Source of the DNA: Perkinsela sp. CCAP 1560/9
Lineage: Eukaryota; Protista; Euglenozoa: Kinetoplastea
Direction: 5' to 3'
Length of the DNA stretch: 64,000 nucleotides
Assembly (NCBI GenBank): GCA_965644495.1
Contig: CBFFSA010000011.1
Span: forward strand, 434,001 to 498,000
Shown here: piece by piece, positions 57,709 through 64,000 of the stretch
Layout of the letters: each line of letters starts with the position of its first letter
How positions within the stretch are numbered: the first letter of the stretch is position 1
Program-made: the position numbers and the translations under genes
Notes under the pieces: model-generated
Seen by the model: the letters and a program-made list of their open reading frames with translations, nothing else
Told to the model about the DNA's origin: nothing
Database searches by the model: none

Positions 57709-59775
57709 CTGTGACACCCCCCTTTAATATGCACCCCCTTCCCTCCCCCCCTTAATATGCACAAATTTTGGTGAAAGGGGACTTTTTTTCCTCCCAAAAA
57801 AAAATAATTTTTTTCACGGTGGTTGCGCAGACAAAATTTCAGTTCGCCAATATCACAAAGCATGTTGACGTATTGGCCGACCGAACAGGACAACCCAACT
57901 TGGTCGAAACCACATTACCTGTTTCCAGAGACGCATGTTATGATTCTTATCTAGTCTTTTCTTGTGGTGCAAAAGGGATGATCGTAATCCTTGTGGTGCT
58001 CCTGTACCTTCGGAAATTTCGTATAGATGCTCTAACATTTGGCAAACGTGTGTGGCCATAGGAGTATCTTTGCTTTCACTAAATTCCTTGAGTGCCGCAT
58101 GTAGTTCACTACACTCGCTCCAAAAAAATTCACACTGCTTCTGAATGCATTGTGAGCCGTATTTAGTCAAGATTTTTTGACACCGCTTAATGGAATTAGA
58201 ATCTCGTGGCCCTTTTTTCGCTTCTTCGATGAATAACTGAATAGTTTGCAAATAGTTTGCCAGAAATTCCATGGACGTGAACTTGTCGGAGCACCAGCGA
58301 GTAACCCCTCCAAGTTTCGGAGTAACGACGCCATGCTACATGCGAGCACTGGTCATGGTGTTCAAAAATTTTGGACCACACTCTGAAAATATTCGATGTT
58401 TTTCCTGGAAATCGTTTTCCCCAAGGTTCAAAAGTTTCTCCTGCACTTCACTAACTTCCTGTAGTATCACTTGCTTGAGCACACAAAGGCTTTCGCGCAA
58501 CTTTTCCGCCAAATTGGTTTTCCATGCTGTCGGAGAAATTGTTCCAAGAACCAGGTAGCACTGCTTTAGAAGTGCCTCAGCTCGCATTACGTTGGAATCG
58601 AATCGTACCAGCAAGTGGGATAAAGCAATTCCTCTGTATTTTCCCTTTGTGGCACTCGCCTTGCCCCCTGAAAAAAGGGCCTTCGAAAAGCTTCTTTTAA
58701 ATTTAAAGGCTGGAGACGATTCGTAGGGTTGAAACGCCGTTTTGCAGACATTATTTAACATGTGTCCTATACAAGATCATAGTGACACACGGTACTTTTG
58801 ATTTATTCCGCGCTGTATGTTTCCTAGGTCCTCTTCTCCCACCGGGTCAATACGATCGTAAATGGATTTTAAGAAACCTTCGCAATTCACACGGGCAACA
58901 TGGTTGACAGTGGCGCCATCCACCATCAAGAACTTAAGCTTTAGCAGGCGTTCCTCGCCTAGGTTACTGGAAAGTTGCCGGTTGATTTCTGCATCCCACT
59001 TTTTTAGTTGAGATTTAGAATGCACTGTGTATAATTCACCAAAGGTTCTTCTCATCCATTGTTGTACTGTTGCCATAGCTTTGTGGTGCGTTTGAGACAT
59101 TTCTGTGGTGCGTTCGCCATTTCTGTTTTGAAAACAGTCTTATGCTTCACAACGAAAGGAACATCGCGGCGTACGTTTCTCCGAGAATCTAGAACGACTC
59201 TAGAACGCTTGGCAACTTTTACTTTACGGGCCCCACTGGAATCAACCAAACCTTCCTCGTTATCACTGCCGTCATCAGTGGTAGAACCCCATCAGGGGTT
59301 TCGAGGCTAACATTTTTTATATCGCTACCATGTTCTTCATCGGAAGGAACAGAATTCACTTCACTATCGTCAACGCTTGAGCCTTCTACGATCCCTAGGC
59401 CGTAACCGCGCCGTTCTTGTGCATTCTCTAAAGATAGATACAAAAGATTCTCTATGTAGCCAGGCACAAAGGCATCCATGGAATATAATTTGAGAAAACT
59501 TTCAGGTGGCAGAATACTAAAAAAATTGGAATAATAAGTGTATTTTGGAATAATAAAAAAATTAGTGCCCGGCTATCTCCGGGAGGGTACGTCCCTATGG
59601 GATACATGCCCTTAAAATCAATCAATCAATCAAGTTCGAAAAACGCACAGGAAATAAAGGCGCCGCGAAGCGGCGCAATTTTTTTCCCGGAGGGGCTGGT
59701 TCTTCCCCCTCTTACCCCCCCCCTTAATATGCACAAACCCCAAAAACGTGTGCATATTAAAGGGGGGGGTCACAG
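57709..59775. mobile_element. TA-flanked TIR element (2067 bp) carrying fragmented non-transposase ORFs
   Basis: TA|CTGTGACACCCCCCTTTAATATGCAC ... GTGCATATTAAAGGGGGGGGTCACAG|TA. Confidence 0.85.
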
Positions 59776-59918
59776 TATAAGAATACGAGAAACCTAGAAA
59801 AAACCGCATTTAAAAAGCTCATTTTATGCTTTCTAAAAGTTTGTTGCAAGGATTCGAAATGGGACTGGAGAAGAATATGAGTGTTGCTAACGTGGACAAT
59901 TCTGGAAGGAGTAGCATC

Positions 59919-60180
59919 CTATTCATCTGTTTCCTCTTCGTCGTCCCGGAGAAAACATACCTGGGCGCAAAACATGCGAATGTCTTGGAAGATGCGACGA
60001 ATACGGGAGTTGCCATTGACCGTTAGAGAACCATTCGCAAGTTCAGCAAAGAGCTTCATGCGGTTGGTGCGGACGTCCTCTGCATTGCCAAGGCGACCGC
60101 CCCGACTTTTTAGCTCCTTTTTGAGACTTGAATTTGCTGCCTCCACGGTGTTCGTGTGAACACCAGTTGCAGCAACCCAC
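59919..60180 (-). pseudogene. Merlin transposase C-terminal fragment (diverged subfamily)
   Basis: TGVHTNTVEAANSSLK..RGGRLGN..RRIFQDIR aligns with 47753-48012. Confidence 0.8.
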
Positions 60181-61802
60181 TCCTTCTTGTGGTTTAATAC
60201 ACCATGGCGCCACTCTCTACTTTTTACAAAGTCAAGGGTCTCTAAATTTTTACAAAGTCAAGGGTGGTATATTTCTCGAAAATATACGATTTTTTTTTAT
60301 TTGTTACGTGCCTCATAGATTTGTATCCCCGGGAAAATGGAATACCGAACATATGGACGCTATAACGTACCCTAATCTGTCACTTTGAACTACTTTTACT
60401 TCAAATGAACACTTCACATATAAGGGGTGACCCTTCTAAAATGCTCTAAAATGGCCACTTTTCGTGGATTTTGCTTAAAAAAGCCCATTTTCACCTGTTT
60501 TTGGCTACTTTGGCGGGGTCACCGCCTATATGCAACTTTTCCATTTTTAGAAAATGTGATGTGCGTATATACTTTGGAGTCTCATCTACAAGGAAAAGGA
60601 TTTGTAAGTTCCAATACAGGTGGGATCTTGCCAGGAGAAATTTTTCAAAAGTTAAAAAAAAATTAGAGGGGCTCTGCAATATTCCTATAAAGATAAGATA
60701 AAGATATCCCGTTTGGCCGACTAGGGCTATGGGATCGTAGCAGGAATCTCCGTTACAGAGAAACCTCTACGTCGGTCTGAGTCTCTTTTTAAGTGGGGCT
60801 GAGCAACCTCTCCGTTTCCGGAAGAGTACGGGCGTCAGAATCTCACCACCGAAAACTCATCAAGGGACGTAGAGTGAGGACGCACTCATTCACCAGCGAT
60901 CCCAAAGGGACGACCAGTGCCCTGAACGGGTTACCACTTTTGAGAGCAGTTACGATAAAGTAAAGTGTCGAAGCACTTCATACAAGTACGAGGGCAAACT
61001 TACCAACGAAGTTTGCTCTTTACTTCGATCAGATATAAACTATACTATTCGGTATATACTATTCTCTGACAGTCACTGAAGGTCAGGATGACTATAAATA
61101 GGACGAAGTGAAGTGGGGGGCGAAGCACTGGAGTTCAAACTTACTGTACAAAGGTGTTACACAAAAAAGTAAATGGAACTTTTGGTTGCGTGAAACCATC
61201 TTTAATAATGCCTTCAGACACTTGAATTAAAGAATTTACTCAACTTTTGCTGTTTCGGATCTTCGGACGCGGCGCCGGTTTTTGGATAGCGAGAAGACAT
61301 GTTTTTATGAATTTGAAATTTCCGCTTCAGAATATTTCGCCCAACATCATTCCCTTTTTTGATTTAATATTTTCCTGAACTTTTGTGGCGTAAAAATATT
61401 TCTACATGATAATTTAGAATTGTAAAATCAATGCCTAAGTAAATTCAGTGATAGTTCGTATATAGATTTATATTGTATGCAACCTAAATGCTAAATATTT
61501 CTAAAACGATATACATTAAGTAAGTTCATAAAATATCCGGCTAATTTCCACTATAATTTTTCATCACCTGCCCAACTTACGAATGGGAAATTTCTCGTCT
61601 ACAGTTCGTTCTCCAGTCGCAAAGGAGGAAGAAAGAGGAAATCTTAGAAGATCAAAGATAAATATCTTTATTTATCTAAGCTAAATCGGAAAGAAGGAAA
61701 TCCTAGAAGATCTTCGTGGAGCCCAGAGTATCGCGTCATCCTCGTGTGCCCACACGCTTCGGGAGAGATCAAAACGGGTAATTTTCGCTATATTTTGATT
61801 AT

Positions 61803-62632
61803 TCAAAGGAGGACCGATGCATTTTTCCTGCCCATTGCGATGGCCGTGGTCTCGTTTATCCCTGAGTATCGTAGTAGAGTACTGAGATGCTTGTGGTTTG
61901 CAATTCTCATGACATGCTCGAGTTCCACTTTCCCCTGAGCCATGTACCGCATCAGCGTACGTACTGCTCCGTGCTTGATTGAGTGGGAAGAGAATGCGTT
62001 GCCGAACTTGGCCCGAAGAAACTGTGTTACTTGCATTGTTGTCACTGGAGCCACCTTTTGCCGCGGGCGAAGGTGACGAATATAATCGTAAATCTCTTGT
62101 AAATACTTTCCCTCGATCACTACGAAGCTGTCTGGGCGGTAAGGCTGATTTTTGTCGTTTTGGTTTTGCGCCCCCAGTAAATGACTATTCTGGTCGGAGT
62201 TAACAGTATGAAATCTTGTCTTGTTAGGTTCGCCACTTCTCCAATTCGTGAAGCTGTTTTGTATGCGATTTTTACGACCGCAGCCACATCGAAGGGCACG
62301 GTCCGAACAGCGAGTTCGAGATTCCAAGGTGATATTGGCTCCGCTTGATGTATTGGTTCTGCTGCCCCTTGTCTCGTTAAGACCTTTGCGTACATCTCGG
62401 CTCTGTGAGGTTTTGCATCGATCTCCTTCAAAACTGACATTAAATGGCTTAAGTACGTTCTTTTTGTTTGTATCGACACATCCAGGGATCTGATATAAGA
62501 GACGATACCCTCGTCGTTTAAGGCATAATTTTTTGTGCTCAGGCCCCTTAGCAGACGTATCCTTGTCTCCCATGTTCTGGGTGTCCAACAATTTTTTAAA
62601 TCATCGCGTGTCGTTTCGCTCTTTGCCTTCAA
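61803..62632 (-). pseudogene. Tyrosine recombinase, frameshifted near 62140
   Basis: TASRIGEV (R) and TKTTK (K) in 62120-62632; SHSIKHGA, ANHK and LLRY in the 61803 frame. Confidence 0.85.
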
Positions 62633-63094
62633 GACGTGCTTCAGAAAATAGTCTGCCTTTTTGTCTCATGATTCCGTCATTGCTGGAATTAATACGTTCA
62701 GATGATCTACTTGCGATACTTTCGTTCGGACAAGCGTTGAATAAGATGGCCGGAATCTTCGAGCTACAGGAGCGCAACTGTTGACCTGTGACGTTTTGAT
62801 AATTTCCGTGGTTTTTTTCTTTTTCTGTTCTCTCAGAGACATATTTTCCGTATGTTGCGCTGTTTCCCGTTTTGTGATTTCTATTTGCTGGACGTGGTTT
62901 GCCGATGTTATTAGATGTGCATTGTTTGTTCGCGTTGCTGGACACGTTTCCTGGGGGAGAGTCATATAATCGGCTTGTTTTAGTAATTGATAAGTTTGGG
63001 GAAGGAGCGTATAACTTACTGGTTGTAATTGACGTACTCGTTTTGCTGTATGGTTTGAAAACTGGCTTTCTGCCGGGAGGCGGACTGTAGCTAG

Positions 63095-63946
63095 TCATCT
63101 TGTTGCGCCAGGCCCCCCTGTGGAAAAATCCTGACCACCACGGTAGCGTACTCCAGGTCTCCCTCGTGAGTATGATCTACCATGTCCACCTGCGAATCCC
63201 CGAGAATAAGCACGTGAATAAGAAGGGAAATAATTTGACTGAGTATTAGGGTATTGTGACCTGAAACTGTACCGATAAGGAGCTTGAGCTCTGTTGTAAT
63301 CAATACTCCGGCGCAACATAGTACCCAAACTATCGTTTGGCTCACAAGAATTCGAATACTGTGTAACGATGTACTGGGAGTCACCTCCTCTCATAATGGC
63401 AAGTTTCATGCGCAACATATCAAGAACGTGTTGTCCTTGTTGCGCATGCGCTGGGTACATGTGGGCATCAATGCCTCCACGTGCAAATGCGTCTCGAAGA
63501 AAATACATTAAATCATCCCATGCCTCCAACACTGATTGTGGCATGCTCACAAGCACATGCAATTCCGAGCGAATTCGCTGGACCAGGATCTCTAGTGCGA
63601 ACTTGTTGTCCGAAGAGAAATATACATTATAAGTCTTAATGTCATAAATTTTGAACTGGAGTTCCTTGACATCATTCTCTGGTCCATCCCCCCCACACTT
63701 CATGAGTTCAATGCGTTTGTATTTTACTCCTGCATTTGGAATTGAGTAGACACAGTCATTCCGAAATATCACGTCCAGCTTAACCCTACCTTGTTCATCC
63801 AATACTGCGCGCGGTGAACCAATCCATGTTGCGTCACGTTCCGGGACAAAAGTTTCGCTGTACCAGGTGACCTTGATCTCACAATCACGTACTTCTAAAG
63901 CGGCAGCGATTTCGTTTATTTTGTCTCCCAGTTCGTGGTCTGTCAT
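63095..63946 (-). CDS. Gag-position ORF of the YR element (function unassigned)
   Basis: 283-aa ORF upstream of the YR with an RG-rich tail. Confidence 0.55.
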   Translation of the reverse strand: MTDHELGDKINEIAAALEVRDCEIKVTWYSETFVPERDATWIGSPRAVLDEQGRVKLDVIFRNDCVYSIPNAGVKYKRIELMKCGGDGPENDVKELQFKIYDIKTYNVYFSSDNKFALEILVQRIRSELHVLVSMPQSVLEAWDDLMYFLRDAFARGGIDAHMYPAHAQQGQHVLDMLRMKLAIMRGGDSQYIVTQYSNSCEPNDSLGTMLRRSIDYNRAQAPYRYSFRSQYPNTQSNYFPSYSRAYSRGFAGGHGRSYSRGRPGVRYRGGQDFSTGGPGATR

Positions 63947-64000
63947 CGTGGAAGCTCCGTAAAGGGCAGGATCGATTGCAATTGAGGTCGTGACTGTGGT

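Larger units (their letters stand above)
60689..64000 (-). mobile_element. Tyrosine-recombinase element (VIPER/TATE-like), no RT in the window; extends beyond the window
   Basis: Interrupts a 19-bp Merlin repeat after 60688; contains YR and gag-position ORFs. Confidence 0.65.

Overview
This is eukaryotic nuclear DNA that looks kinetoplastid. Evidence: intronless genes all on one strand, trypanosomatid-like tRNA-Trp and spliced-leader (SL)-like sequences, and CRE/SLACS-type, VIPER/TATE-like and Merlin elements. A Perkinsela-like organism is a guess, not a proven identity. 1.5-16.6 kb is a + strand gene cluster: a hypothetical protein with SPIRAL1-like repeats, then AspRS, a non-catalytic M16B/MPP-type subunit, an RRM/CCHC/RS protein and 14-3-3, each of these four followed by one LRR gene; the four LRR genes share an N-terminal PxK[VI]RG motif. 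17-64 kb is a nested transposon island around a 5-tRNA cluster (52.4-53.0 kb). It holds CRE-type retrotransposon remnants and a 27.8-kb Merlin-ended composite (24492-52319, 9-bp TSD GATGACTAC). That composite contains a bacterial IS30-family transposase split by a 4.07-kb DDE element (8-bp TSD), a Tc1 element split by a hAT-type MITE, a Merlin transposase split by an RT-less APE+RNase H LINE carrying an LRR fragment, and an apparently exact 12,036-bp tandem duplication. Further right are a Merlin end carrying an SL RNA-like gene, a DD53E Tc1-like transposase, a TA-flanked TIR element and an RT-less tyrosine-recombinase element. All family calls come from motifs read by eye; no searches were run.
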